This document shows, one piece after another, positions 1-23,347 of a stretch of 64,000 bases of DNA. A program made the translations under genes and the position numbers. Numbering within the stretch: position 1 is the first letter of the stretch; each line of letters begins with the position of its first letter. The notes below the pieces were generated by a model. It searched no databases, was not told the DNA's origin, and saw nothing but the letters and a program-made list of their open reading frames with translations. This DNA is from Amoebidium appalachense (lineage: Eukaryota > Protista > Ichthyosporea): assembly GCA_963693365.1 (NCBI GenBank), contig CAVNZM010000003.1:14044914-14108913 (forward strand), written 5' to 3'.

Positions 1-481
1 TAAGATACAAAATAGGGGAAATCGAGCTTTGTGCGAAAAAATGTAGCGCCGGTGGGTTCATACCATAGTACGTGTGTGTGTGCGTAGGTGTACGTGTGTA
101 CGGAACGAATGTGTGTGTTTGTGTGTGTGTGCGTGCATGTGCGTGTGTGTGGTTGTATGTGTTAGTATTATGACAAGTGTAATGCAAATGTATAACATTT
201 GGAGCCCGTACTTGTTCATGTTCAGAACGTGTGCTAGGAAAGGTCACACAGTGGCTTTGCGTGTGTGTGTGTGTGTGTTTGGGGGGGGGGGGAGCCCACT
301 CAATCACATGACTAGGGTCAAACAACAAAAGACAGCGACCCCCTCCCTAACGCCTGTAGAAAAAAAACAAAAAGAACACGTAGTGCCTAAACAGGACCAA
401 ACCCGACACAACACACAGTACACACCACCGTACACCCCCATCTCCTTCGAAAGACATCCCACCCTCAAAAAACGACCACCA

Positions 482-1635
482 CTACCAAGTCAAAACCGCC
501 GAATACGCAGGGGGAAAATCAGACAACACCTCATGATAGGAAGGGATCGGGTCCGTCTCGGGTGGCTCATACGCGGGCGGCCTACCCAGCGGCATGTAGT
601 CGTTTCTAGAAAACACCAACGGCGCGACGCTCTGAACAATCGCCGTCTCCCTAGCAACGGCCCTAAGCATGATTCTCTGACGCACGCATCGTAGGTTAAC
701 CTTTGCGTGGCGATACGCGGCCATGACTTTACGTTCACGTTCCACCACTTCATCCAACCTGATCTCCAACCACACCGACGTTTCTCGGAGCGCCGCGTAC
801 GCGTCCTCCGCGATACTCCCGAATTTTCCGCGCATGGAAAGGATCCCCCCCAACCCCTGCGCCAGCTGCCGTATCTTCTGGCTGTCGGGGAGCGGGGGCG
901 CTTCCACAGGGAAACTTTTCGCCGCGGATTCCACCTCGTCAGCAACGTAATTCAATTCCCGCGCCACGTTCTTCACAATGTTTCCCGGTGCCAACTCCGT
1001 TATCTTCAAAGATTTACACAGCACGTGTATCGTCTGCAATGCGTTCTGAACGTGTCGCCGGCACCGTTTCAATACCATTTTTTCTTCGTACGCCTCCTCC
1101 CTGTGCGGTTTCAACTCCCGAACCTCCTCCTGAAGCCTTTTTTCCGCTTCGTCGCCGGGGCCGTCGGGTACGCCAAACACCGCCTTGAGAAGCTGTCTCT
1201 GGCTCTTTCTGGCACTTTCCAAAAGCGTCTCCTGATCTGCGAGAGCCTCCAAAGTAGCTTCTAGTTCCACACGCCTCGCTGCAAGAGCGTTTACTTGTTC
1301 TCTTTTTGCTGCAACGAGCTGTGATGTAGGCGACGACATAACCTGTGTTACTGTTTTCCCACCGCTGCCTCGCGCTCCGCCGCTCCCACGCGCTTTGGAA
1401 AACATGGACTTGGCACTGCTTGGCTTGGGGAATACTGGGTTGGCGGTCTATGGGGAAAAAAGTTACTTGTTAGTAGGAGGTATATGTGGGAATGTGTGTG
1501 AACATGCTTGCTAGCGTGGTGCGATGGAACCCTAAATCGGTACGAGAAAAGAAAAAGGGAATGCGTGCCGGGGGAGGGGGGAGGGGGGGGTGGGGGGGGG
1601 GGAGGAAGGGACGGGGGGAGGGGGGGGGGGGGGGG

Positions 1636-1717
<82 letters not shown>

Positions 1718-1844
1718 GGGATACGGGGGGGGAGGGGGGAAGGAGGAGGAGGAAGGGAAAGAGGGGGGGGGGGGGGGGGGGGAGAGAGAGAGAGAGGCTT
1801 AGGCCTATGGTATGTTTTCAGGGGACAGTCTACTATGAAGCGAT

Positions 1845-1882
<38 letters not shown>

Positions 1883-2227
1883 TGTGTAGAGGTTGGGGGA
1901 AGCGCATGAATGTCCGTGTGCGGTTTGCGTGTGCGCGCGTATACCTGGATACGAACATGCCCGGGCGTGTAATTGTGCGTGTGTACTTTAGACGCTACAC
2001 CTATTCATAAATGCCTGCACGTAAAAGAAGCGCAAACTAGTGCTTTATTGCATGGCAACACACACGAAAAAATCAGGGGGCACCCACACACACAAAAAGA
2101 AACATTTCACACAAACACACTAGCGCAACGCACACAACCAAAAATAAAGCACACAAGAAAGCAAAAATCAGATCAGCAAAAACCATACACAAACTCAAGC
2201 ACACACACGCACACGCACAAGCACACG

Positions 2228-2294
<67 letters not shown>

Positions 2295-3551
2295 CAACGA
2301 ACACACCATCCAAGAGAAACCAAGCAAACACACACAATCAGACAGCAAATACACAACAAGGGCAGAAACATGCACCAAGCCATAGAATCACTTCGTTACA
2401 CCAACAGTTAGGCAAACCAACACCAGACACCGAACACCTCGTATTAAGCATCAAGCATCAGACATCAAGCTTCAAGTATCAAGCAGAATCACCTAGCACC
2501 AACTACCCTGACTACCAACTTTTAACTACCACACAAGAAGCATCCAAAACAAACATCCAGCATTAAGCACCAAGCATCCACAGGCAAGCACCAAGCACCA
2601 AGTACACACCTGGGCGGCCACCAGTTCCAGCTTAGCCTGCTCTTTTTGCGCAAGCTCATACGCCCTGTCCACCGCCTTTAGCGCTGCTGTGAGCTGTGCC
2701 CTCTGTGCCTGATCCTCCTGAACAAGCGCCTGCAACGTGACAGCAAAACATGACAGAAGGATGAGTAGAATGTTAAAAAGACATGCACTCAAGACGAGTG
2801 TCAAAGTGTGTACAGGCTTGGCTTAGTTCTGCTCGTGAACAAAGAAACCAAGGTGTTTCTTACCTTGGAAGAGTCCGGTGCTTGGTGAAACATACAAAGA
2901 TGCACCTTTATTTCACACAGATCTACTTTGCTGTCAGCCCACAAGTATAATAACGGGAAAGGTTTGAAGTCTCTATACAAAGCCACTCTTCTTGCTACCC
3001 CTGTCTCAACCGCGTTCATTCTTCCATCCGTTGGCTCTCCCCTTGCTCGTCCCACCCCTTTTCTTGTTCTCCCCCCCCCCCCCCCCCCCCCCCTCCCCCT
3101 CTTCCTCCCCAGGGAAAAAAAAAAAAAAAGAAACAAAAAGAAAAAGAAAAGAAAATAAGCACACCGCCACATCAAAAAATCCACACAAACGCACACCACC
3201 ACCATCCATCTGCCAATGCACACCCCATGAACAAATAATATCCATCTAAACGCCTGCCACATCCTTCCCCCACCCACGCCCTCCCTCCTCCTTCAGCTCT
3301 TTGACTCACGTCAACACAACTTGTCAAACCAGGCCTTGGACGCAGCAAAAAACCGTACATACCTTGATCAAGTGGTCTAGGCGTACCCATTCCTCAATGG
3401 CTTGTGAGTCGATGCGTCCCGCGAGCCTGAGAGAAGAGCTAGAGGGGCAATATCGCAGACGCGCCTCGCCTGCATCACGAATGGAAGGTGTACCGGATCT
3501 GACACTGCTGTTTGAGTTTTGCCTATGGTGGCGGACTCCGTGGGGAACCAT
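482..3551 (-). CDS. Coiled-coil protein (~424 aa) with C-terminal PPxY/PSY motifs, 3 exons
   Basis: Exons 3551-3363, 2729-2610 and 1447-482 join in phase 0 at GT..AG introns. There is a TACTAAC branch point before the last acceptor. The junctions read ...EEWVRLDHLIK|ALVQEDQAQ...LVAAQ|TANPVF.... The protein is heptad-rich and ends GRPPAY...IPSY...FPPAYSAVLTW. The last exon is secure; the first-exon assignment is inferred. Confidence 0.7.
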
Positions 3552-5019
3552 TTTTCACGCTAAGTTTTTCAAAGGGCTGAGTGTATGCAAAAACATAAAA
3601 GCTTTAAAGATAATAGACACCAATGCGTGAAAGGTAAGTGAGCTGGAAAAATGTCTGCAGGGGCAAAACAAAAAGCAGTGTCTGACAGAACGTTAGACTG
3701 CCCCTACAAGTTGGGGAATCTGTACATAGACGAACTTCAGCCCGTGAAACTAAAATTAAAACGTAGTTTGCTTAATAATCTTGGATTCAGTTGCAAATTA
3801 TAACTCGAAGAGCGTCTTCAGAGCCGCTTGAACAGCAAAAAACTTCATAAAATTGAGGTGAAGATGGGATCATGGGGGGGAAAGCAAGGCAAAATCATGG
3901 GAAAAAACAACAGAAACAAAAAGCGCAAATGTGATGACTGGGAGTGCGGCACTGTGCTTTGACGCTGACGCAGCGTTGCGATTAGTATGCAGTAAACCTA
4001 TCCATAATTAGCTTAGAAAAAGCAAATTTCAAATTCAGCGAGATAATCTGGTCAGGTCTGACTGATCACATTGTGAACTCTGCATGCAACCTATGCATGT
4101 TGGGGTTTTCAGGTTTCTTGGGTTGATTAAATATTTGTGAATTCATTTGTGTGATCGTCTACTATGTATTTTATATATGTGACAATTTTTTATTTTTTTT
4201 CATTTTATCCAAACGACAAAACCCTCTTAGGCGATGTTGATTGTTGAACTTCGAAAGATAGGAAAAAGATATACGAAATGTTAAAATATATCGATTTGGT
4301 ATATTCAATTAGCCGCCATTCATCATTGCCACCTCATTCTGTCATTCTGGGCCACCTCGGTGAGTCGAGTACTTAATTGGGTTTCGACCCGATTTGACCG
4401 GCTGATGGGATGCTTAATCTTTGAAGGGTTAGATATAGTAGAAGTTTTTTTGTTATACATAGCTTTACTACTACTTTCTTTATGTGATATTTTTTGATAA
4501 AAACAGGTTGATTTGTACAAAAACACGATGAACTTGCTACTCCGTGACTACAGTTGCTTGAATGTGCTTGTCACCCAACATCGACAAAACCGGGCCAGGG
4601 AAGGCATATTCGACCCGAAGTAGTTAAATTCGCGATTTTCGAGCAGAAAGTTTGATAGATTGACAGGCCGTTTGATTGGCGGAATAAACTGCTCTTGACC
4701 CAGCGAAAAATACCCAGAAAATACCACAGGTGCAACTTGCAAAGGGTTTCTTGAAAATTAGCAACTCTCAAGTTATGATCGGACAGATGCTTATATAATA
4801 ATCAACAACAACAACAACAACAAAAAAAAAAATAAAAAAATGCAATGGTTTAGCTGGCGTGCGCCTTGAAAGTGCGCCAGGGCATTAGGCTTTGACCGAC
4901 CATGGCATGCGGTGCAACGTCGGAAAAGATTTTACAGGCATTTATCCTTTTTAACCCCGTCCTATTTGATTGGTTGCTGCGCTTTCCTAAGGCTTGGACC
5001 ACAGAGGGCCGTGCTTGGA

Positions 5020-5228
5020 CGGAGCTACCGATGCTAGCTAGCCTCTGCTTACCCATAATATGTAATAGGGGTGTCATATACTACGATGGCGCTAATTGTT
5101 GCCTAGCATGTACATATGTCACTAGCTGCATTTGATTGGCTGCGCTGGAAAACGCAGTAGGCCGTCCAGTGTGGCTGGGCCCTCGGGGCCCTCGGCAGTG
5201 TCCACGCAATAAAAAGTGTGTAAACCCC
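5020..5228. repeat. Dispersed ~210-bp repeat (family A), uninterrupted copy
   Basis: Reverse complement of 27640-27687 plus 30483-30626. No TIR or TSD recognised. Confidence 0.85.
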
Positions 5229-6052
5229 CGATCGCGAGAGAATAAATAGTTGCGAAATTCTTGACCCACACCCTAGACAAGTGCGGATTTTCGTATACTA
5301 CCCGATGGTTCACGACGTTGCTGCTGCTAAAAACTGTGTAATTTTACTCTTGTCATTATTGTGTTGCACAAATAAGCTCATGCGCGCAGGCAGTGGTTCT
5401 CATCATTCGTGCTCACCCTCAGGCTGCAAACGGTGATATCGGGTCGAAGGGGAACAACAGTTTCGGTTTTCGGGCTGCGACCCGATTCGGCCCATTTTTA
5501 GTTTTTTCGATCAGCCGAGGCTCAGTTGCGCAAAGTCTAGATCTGATCTGAAATTCGAAACGCAAAGCCGGCTCGAGAGGGAGAGGTGTGTGTGTGTGTC
5601 TGCCTTTTGTACGTGCGTGTGTGTATTGAACTTGCAGAAAGGGGGAGAGAGTGAGAGAGAGAGAGAGAGTTATGAAAAGGAGCCAGAGGGTAGGGGAGAA
5701 GGAGAAGGGGTGCTGCCGAGACATACAGGGATCTCGAGTAAAGGATAATAGGCAAACAAGGCTTAGTAGCATTGAGAGTAGCTAGCGTCACAGAAAAAGA
5801 GAGTGAGAGATCCTTGAGTTAGTAGAGAGGGCGAAAAAATACACGGGCAGCGGGACAGTAGGGAGAAAGGGAAATAGAGTGAGCTGGACGCAAAAACGAA
5901 GTTTGTTTTTCGCCAAAGAGCATAAGTTAACCATTTCCAGCTGACACGTTTAACGTTCTTGCACCTCTTTTTCTTTGGATCTTTGGATCTACGCCATTTC
6001 CTGCGCTATTAAACGTAAAACATCAGCCGCTGCACAGTTATTGGCAGTAAAG

Positions 6053-13490
<7,438 letters not shown>

Positions 13491-14538
13491 AACAAATGAA
13501 ACATGGTTTGCATGTACTTGCACAAGGACACTGATGTAAATTATGCCCTGTGTACCCCCACACACACTCACGTACGCACGCAGGCACTCACACACACACT
13601 CACGCACTCACGGCCACACACATTATAAGTACAAACAAAGAGGTGCTTCTACCATTACACTGACATAGGTTAGAATTCTTGTATATTACACACTCTGCGT
13701 GGCCAGCCATGCACATTTCTTTCTGGTCGACACATAAAATCATCCATCCACTTGTGTGATCAGGCAGTTACTGAGCATGCATGCTGCCGGTTAGCTCATG
13801 CAACTTTCAACAGAACCTTCATCAAGTGTTTTTGGGTGTATCGTATTCCGTGTATTTGACTTGTTGGGCATCTTGAGGTTGCAGGTGAGAACATCATGTA
13901 CATATATTATGTGTTAGTTTATTGATGGAATAAACCTGCGGACCAGGCTGGTCCTGAACTGTATACACCTTCCTTCCCCCGGGCCAAGGGATGCCAAGCC
14001 ATGCACTCGTGAAACAGAGTGCCGCTTTATTATCGTGCCCGCTTTCGTATTTCGACCTCACAACGTGTTTAGACATGCCATGCATCGATCCTCAAGACGC
14101 TCCAGCTAAAAGGGGGTAAGAACTTTGTGCCTGCGTGGTAAGCTATTCCTACAGCTGTACAGCCCCACTATAAATTAACTTGCATGCATATCGATGAGGT
14201 GCCTACGCCGGTGTACAATGTCTGACAGAAGCACTCTCTGATTGAACATTGTTCAAAAGATCTCCGAAGACACTGCGCATACCCACCCGTTCGCGCTCTA
14301 GGGTGCAAACGTATTGGCCCATAATGTCATCAACTTCCCACACACCGTTGTACTTCCCACACACCGTTGTGGTGATCAGTGCGTGTCAGCGTTTATAGAA
14401 GTATCACCTACATATATCAAAGTGAACATAAAATGCTCTTGTTGCCGTAGCGCTGATGGCTTTAAAGCCTTCTTCCGACAAAGAAACGTGACAAGTCGGC
14501 GGGAGGGGGAAACGGATTGGTCCGAGTGTGCTGTGGAC

Positions 14539-16124
<1,586 letters not shown>

Positions 16125-16898
16125 CTGTGGACGTGCTGTAATGCGTCTCGTTCCAACGATATATTCTGAACCACTCATATACACGTATTTTATCCGAATG
16201 GCGCCGAGTTATACGGCCCCACACAAACAACAACACTTTTCAAAAATGATATTCAAAAGTAAGGTCGAACGCGAACAATAAACAGTAAACGATCGCATCT
16301 ATAGAGGTAAAATCTATCATTCTTACAAATTGATTTGTATCTAAAAACTGTTTTTTTATGAACACACTTGGAACATCTAAAAAACAAGTTTATCATGTCA
16401 CTGGCACAATGACAAAATCTTGATTCAATATTCTACGTAGAAATAAATTTGTAGTTACCCCCTGGCATCTATGAGGTACAAGGGAACCGACGTATGTTCC
16501 TCTGGAATGCGACTGTTTCATATCCGGGGATTCCGGATGATGCCGTACGCAGACACACACACTCATGAAGTGAGGTTAGAAAGATACTTGGGTTCTAATC
16601 CAGCGCCGAAGGCTGTTAAACAAAACAGACAGACCTAAAGATCTAAACGGTGGAGAATTCTTTCTCATGTGTGTGTGCGTGCGTTCACCCTGCTAACAGT
16701 AACAGCCAGCGCTAAAGTTGAGCAAGAACCGGGGCTCAAGTTCTTCAGTTTTTCTAAGTGACTTTTCTGTTCCAAGCCACCACATAGCCTTTACCCGTTC
16801 ACCACATTTAGTTTCTGTTACCTCTTTGGCGTCATTTACGCCCCAATAGCTCCTGCAAACACAGTCTGGCTTTCCTTGAGATCCGACCAGAAAACATC

Positions 16899-17684
16899 AT
16901 GCGTTCAACCAGCGTAAGCGGTGAACTGGCCGTTGAGCCCACCAAACTCAACGGCCTCAATGTTCCCCTTCCCCTCGGTCCGCTCAGGCGACTTAATCTC
17001 GGGAAGGGTGACAATGACATGCAAGATTGCAAGTCATCTTCGCGCACCGATCTCGCGAACATGGGAAGTGATTCGAGTTTGAGCGGAAGCCAAGCAGGAA
17101 GCACCGAGTCTCTCAGCTCAAAGCTCAGACGTGCATCAACGACCGACCTCGTCCGCATGGCTTCCAAGAGTAGCATGCGCTCTCTCAAATCCCAGTTTGA
17201 CCGTCTTACTTTCCGTCGTGCAAGCAGCGGAAGTGCATCCCCTCGTCCCGGTAGCAACCTACAGACAAGGAGAGCCATTTTCCCACCTCCCCCGTCAACG
17301 ATTGAAGCTCTCCTTGAAGACAACGAAAAGCACGCCGAGGCACGAGCTGCATTTCACGAATTTGTGCGCAAGGAACATTCAGAGGAGAATTTGTTGTTCT
17401 ACGAAGCGTGCTCGGTGCTCGAAAGTGGGGTGGCGCAGGGGGGTTTGTCTTTCGATGACGCAAACTACCTCGTGGAGGTTTACGTTGTTGATGGAGGGGA
17501 ACATCAGATCAACATCCCGGGACCAGTGAAGCAAAGGATATACAAGGCACAGGCGGAAGAGGATTTGGAGAAATTGTGCGCATGTTTGGTGGAGGCAAAA
17601 GGCGTTGTGCTTGCAGTGTTGCAACAGGACTCGTATGCGCGGTTTTTGAATAAGGTTACACAGGATACAGTGGGTGGCCAGTAA
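16899..17684 (+). CDS. RGS (regulator of G-protein signalling) domain protein, 261 aa, single exon
   Basis: Motifs AFHEFVRKEHSEENLLFYEAC, EHQINIPG and LQQDSYARFL, preceded by a Ser-rich N-terminus. Confidence 0.92.
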   Translation: MRSTSVSGELAVEPTKLNGLNVPLPLGPLRRLNLGKGDNDMQDCKSSSRTDLANMGSDSSLSGSQAGSTESLSSKLRRASTTDLVRMASKSSMRSLKSQFDRLTFRRASSGSASPRPGSNLQTRRAIFPPPPSTIEALLEDNEKHAEARAAFHEFVRKEHSEENLLFYEACSVLESGVAQGGLSFDDANYLVEVYVVDGGEHQINIPGPVKQRIYKAQAEEDLEKLCACLVEAKGVVLAVLQQDSYARFLNKVTQDTVGGQ

Positions 17685-18724
17685 ATTTTTGTGGGTGGTT
17701 ATCGGGGAATTCCGAATTCCGTTTTGTAAAAACGGTATTTATTGTTACTTGAAAAGGTGCACATAGTGGGCGTTACTGTGTTGGCAGTTCGTGTGCGGGC
17801 AGGTGGGGTTGGAAACGTTAGAGTAAAAAACTAACTTACTGTGGCACTATAGATGTTTGTTGAATTTTCCATCGCAGCAAGTGCAGTGTGTGCCACGCGT
17901 TACCCTTTTATTCTTTTGGGTTTGGACAAAATTACGTAACTGAATTTTAGGGAGCTAGGGGGTGTGTATGCGGGCTGTATAACTTACACAGTCACAAACA
18001 CTCCCGATGTACCGAAGATTTGCGTTTTACTTTCTGTTTTGCATAACAGTAACAGCTTTGCAGGGCGAAGCATTATGTCAGTGATCGTGTGGTTCTAGTA
18101 ACCAGATCAGGCGGTATTCAAACTTAATCACATATTTTATACGAACATTTCACTGTTGCTGTTACTAAGTTATACTCTGACACTTTCCTCACTTTTACCT
18201 CAACTTATAACACCTAAGAGTCCGTGTCCGTCTCTTGTGTAATCCTTATCTGACTACCGGAAAAGAGCTATTACGGCATTTAGACCTGCCTATCTAAGTT
18301 GTGATGTATGCAAGTAGCAACCCCCTGATTTGAATGACCACTAGCTGGTGGGTGAGGATATAGTTATGTGAACGAACGAGCACTCGCATGAAATTGCTCA
18401 ATAAAGGCTTATGGTAGCCCTGGTTGTATTTTTTTTTTTTTCCCCCCTTGATATAATGGATTCTATTGCAATCGGGGCATCAGACAGGGCGAAGAATGGA
18501 TATATAGTACAGTTGCCATAGACACAACGATATAGTCGTTGAGATAGCTTCACCGGATATCTGGTTTGATGCCAATGTGGCAGTGGGTGAAAACACGGCC
18601 GATAATTGTTGTCGGCAAGGCGGATGGGGGCAAGGATGAAATGGTGTGGGTGTTTTTTATTATTATTGTTATTATTATTGGTTCTTTTTTTTCTTTTCTT
18701 TTTTTTTTTTCCTTTGTGTGTGCG

Positions 18725-18850
18725 ATGGGGGAGGGGAGAATCCGGCATGGGGCAGGGGGGGGGGGGGGGGGGGAGGGGGGGGGGGGGGGGGGGGGGGGGG
18801 AACAATGGGGGAGGGGAGAATCCGGCATGGGGCAGGGGGGGGGGGGGGAA
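18725..18850 (+). repeat. Tandem duplication of a ~30-bp unit separated by poly-G
   Basis: ATGGGGGAGGGGAGAATCCGGCATGGGGCAG occurs at ~18725 and ~18805, each followed by a G-run. Confidence 0.85.
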
Positions 18851-19148
18851 CAAGGAGGAGGTAGTGATCCACCGTTCTTCTGAACAAGCTGAGGTTGACA
18901 GAGAATGATCAAATGATTCAAAGTTTCGCTGTGTGCACACCAAACAAGGTAATCCTACTGTTGATTGGCTGTGGGGATGCTATCAAACCCTGCATTGGGT
19001 ATTTGCTGCAACAGATCTGATGTTGAACTTCCCTCGGTGGCAACGTACGCTTGATTAATTTTTTTTTCCAGTGAAGCTATTACATGCTCTTACACATGTT
19101 TTTAGTGTGTGCAATGACGCTCTGTATGTGGCGAGGTGGTTGTAGGTG

Positions 19149-19397
<249 letters not shown>

Positions 19398-19905
19398 TGT
19401 GTGTGTGTGTACGTGTGTGTGTGTGTCACGGTCTGTGTGTGTGTGTGTGTGCACGCGCGCGTACGCACGCATGCCCCGCGCACGCGTGTTTATGTGTGTT
19501 GAGAAATTTGAAGAAACGGGGGTCACCCGGGGGTGGGGGAGGGGAAGGACTGAGATCGGGGGTGGGGGGTTTTGGGGGGGGGGGGGGGGGGGGGGGGAGG
19601 GGGGGGGGGGGGGGGGGGGGGGGGGAGGGGGAGGGGGGGGGGGGGGGGGAGGGTTAACAAGACATTTGAATAAAGTAATCGGGCTTAAAACCGTGAGTCG
19701 GTCTAATTAGTAGGGGCTGCGCTCGAAAAGAGTCCATGATACTTTTCGACAATGTGAACGAAACCATTTCCGGTTGGCCGATGAGCCAGAGTGTGCCTGA
19801 TAAGGAGCCAATGAGGGAATCCTGGACCAATTATATGTGGCAGAGAACTTCTGAGAGAAGGTTAGCTATAGCTGATGCACGCCGCAAATTCATATCAGCC
19901 CCCCC

Positions 19906-19938
<33 letters not shown>

Positions 19939-20021
19939 ACCACTACCACCACCACCACTGCCGCCGCTGCCGCCACCACCACCACACACACAAACACACA
20001 CACACTGAGAATCCCTCACGT

Positions 20022-20059
<38 letters not shown>

Positions 20060-21286
20060 TGTATCAAAAGCACACACAGTATAAAAAGCACACACACATA
20101 CGTATACGCCTCGCCGGTACCCCCACAACGCTAACTACGCGTTTTGTGATCGAACGTTGAAGTAAAAATTGTGCAAATCGAACCATGCAATACATGTGTG
20201 TGAAAAAGGTCCGTGACAGGCTGGACCAAGGCCTAGCAGGTTCGTACGTGTGTGTGTCTGCACGTGTACATGTTTCCGCACGTGGGTGTGTGGTGTGCAT
20301 GCAAACAAGCTCTATATTCCTACTTTTTTTATTGTTTTATAAAAAACAGCTGTGTTTCGTAGGCTATCAGTGTGCCGCGCAGTTGGTGCTGTACATGTAC
20401 CAAATTGTTGATGTCACCCAATGCCTCAAAAAGTTGATCACGCCATACATAGCCCAATATTAGTCACCAGTCTCTCTCTATCATTTCTCGGAGAAATCCC
20501 CCCCCCCCCCCCCCCTCTCCCTAGACCCTTTTTTTTCAGGGGGGGGGGGGTTGGTATCTTTACTCACTCACGGGACATTTCGAATATTCCTGCATTTGGA
20601 GATTATCACGGTCCCATATATACCATATGGATATAAAAATATCTATAAAAGATGGAAAATACAACAGCAATGGATAGCGAAATACAAGGTCATAACATAC
20701 ATAAAATGATGAACCCTGATAAGAAAATTGGGCCGCGTAAAAGCAGCACACAGGATACAGGTAAGATACGCAATAGTGAAATTTAGAAATATGCACGAAT
20801 TCTATGTAAATTTCAAAATACATCCACAAAAGGAGATATAATCATCCTGATATATCAAACCCTCCTCCTCTCTTATCGCGGTTTATCCAAGAAAATTCGG
20901 TGAGCCAGGAACACTCCTACACGTGTTTCTTACTACGCTTGTGGGTGGGAACCACCACGTTTATCCGAGCACGGCTAAATGTCCAAGATATTTTCGTTGG
21001 CTGTGGCTGTGTGTGTGTGTGTGTGTAGCCTAGTATCGGTGTGTGCGTGACTGAGCTCAAAACATCCTATTCGAAAAGATCTATGCACTTGTTAAGAAAG
21101 CGTACGCACAAGCACTAAACCAAAAACCACTAACATGAGCAAATAGGGCATACTTGACTATGTTTAGCTATAACGAGCCCTCACCCATACGCATGTGGCT
21201 TATATACGTACACTTTGATATCTAGAAAAGCAAAACGGACAAAACCAGGAAGTAACCACAAACCCCAACACGCAAAAGTTGCGACA

Positions 21287-21326
<40 letters not shown>

Positions 21327-22111
21327 CCACCACCACCTCACAACTTTTGCCTTTTCTCTCTCTCTAGTTTTTTCCCTCTTTTCCCTCGTCACATTTTTCG
21401 TCTCCCCCCCCCCCCCCCCCCGCCCCTCTCCACCATTCGTGTTCCCCTCCAATCCCCCCCTCTCCCCCCAACAACGACATCTCCCCTTCCACTTGAGGCC
21501 ATAAGTAACAAATCGGAACACGTTCACCAGCACTTAAACAATAGTCCGCACACACCCTACACACCAACACCACACATTCGTACCGCGCACACACAATCAA
21601 AACGTCAAACACATCTATACGAATACCACCAGAACTTTCACCACAGCAACCATATCGTAATTTTCGAAAATACACACACACCTAATGTTTCACGCATTTT
21701 GTGCAGCCTACATTCCATTCGAGCAATAACCCCCCCCCCCCCCCCCCTTCAAACATCACAAGTCCATGTTACAAAACCTCAACACATCGCGTCATGCCAA
21801 CATACCAACGACAAACCGCAAACAACTTTTTTCTATCGAAAATTCTGCGCACTCAAAGACACTCGAAGAAAAAGGAAAAAACATCCGCACCATTCCTCAT
21901 TCGCACCATACGCCGTCTCCCCGAATCCCTTCATAACAGGTGCAGCACTCAAAATCGTACCTCATTCAATCCTTCGCCTGACGTAAGCAAACCATGTCCA
22001 CCCAACCGCCACTACCAAATCTCTAATTCCTTTTTCCCTCCACCTTACGCCATGCCCGTGGTTCCCATTAACCATATATGGTGCATTGCATTGCATATTT
22101 ACCATATAAGG

Positions 22112-22240
22112 TTAATTCTCGTCGCCCATAAAGTCTATGATGCGACTAGTCATCTCTGGCACGTTTGCATTTGCTGCCTCCGTCAGAAGCCGCTGGAAAA
22201 GCTGCGCCCTTTCCTCCACCTGAGCACACAATACAAGGGT

Positions 22241-22307
<67 letters not shown>

Positions 22308-22544
22308 GGGGGGGTTAGAATGTGTTACAAAGTGTGGAGCCCCCCCCCCCCCCCCCCCCCCCCCGATCCCCTCTCTCTCTCTCCCCCCCCTCCCCCCCCC
22401 CCCCCCCCCCCCCCCCCGCCCCCGGTGCCCCATCCCGCCCCAAACACGCACGCACGCACGCACGCACGGACGCACGCACGGACGCACGCACGGACGCACG
22501 CACGGACGCACGCACGCACGCACGCACGCACGCACACGCGCGCG

Positions 22545-22610
<66 letters not shown>

Positions 22611-23311
22611 CACAAAATCCCTGTTTCTGCCCCCACCGTCTCGAACCACACAAGCACAAAGATAAAAACAAACAAACAAACAAACCAAAAAAATAATACT
22701 AAAAAGCGATAAAAGATTAGAACATAAAAATTAAAAATCCCCAGTACGTATGACCAAACATAAAGGTACGCATTCTCCCCCCTCCCCCCCCTTTTTCCCA
22801 TAAAAAATAAACAAATAAATAAAATGAAATAATAATAATTGACAATAATATCTAAAAAGAACATACCACATGTTTTGACGTGGACCCTAAGAACACCTTA
22901 TGAGGCTGCAGGGGTTGCAGCCTATCGTACAGCTCCGACGTGGTGCACAGTTCCAGCAGGCGCTGAGCCAGCCAATGAAAATCGCTGAACCGCCGCTTGA
23001 CCGTGAAGCTGCGGCTGCCCGTTCCTGATTGGCGCGTTGTCATGGTCACGTTGTAGAGCATGTGCTGCGGTGCGAGGGCGGAAAACGATTGGTTAGCGGT
23101 CTGTGTTGGGGCTCTAGAAGCGCGAAGTTGAATCTAGTGATAGCACAATGTAGGAGTACAGTAGGAGAATAATTGGAATCGGATATTGGTTTTGCGTCTA
23201 TATGGTGTGATTTCTAGGGCATGATGAAACTTACGTATAAGGAAACCATGGAGACATGTGGGCATAGTCCGACAACGGTTATCTCCGGTTATTAAACACA
23301 AAAACAAACAA

Positions 23312-23347
<36 letters not shown>

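Noticed and set aside
2864-3020. Extra exon of the coiled-coil gene ending at a GTAAGA donor
   Set aside because: I found no convincing phase-compatible acceptor, and the flanking exons join cleanly without it. An alternative first exon cannot be excluded.
19706-19850. Possible minus-strand exon after CTAAC..CAG
   Set aside because: The acceptor looks good, but no frame gives a recognisable protein and I found no partner exons.
20461-20910. hAT-like GATAT-rich subterminal region
   Set aside because: No matching TIR pair or TSD could be identified.
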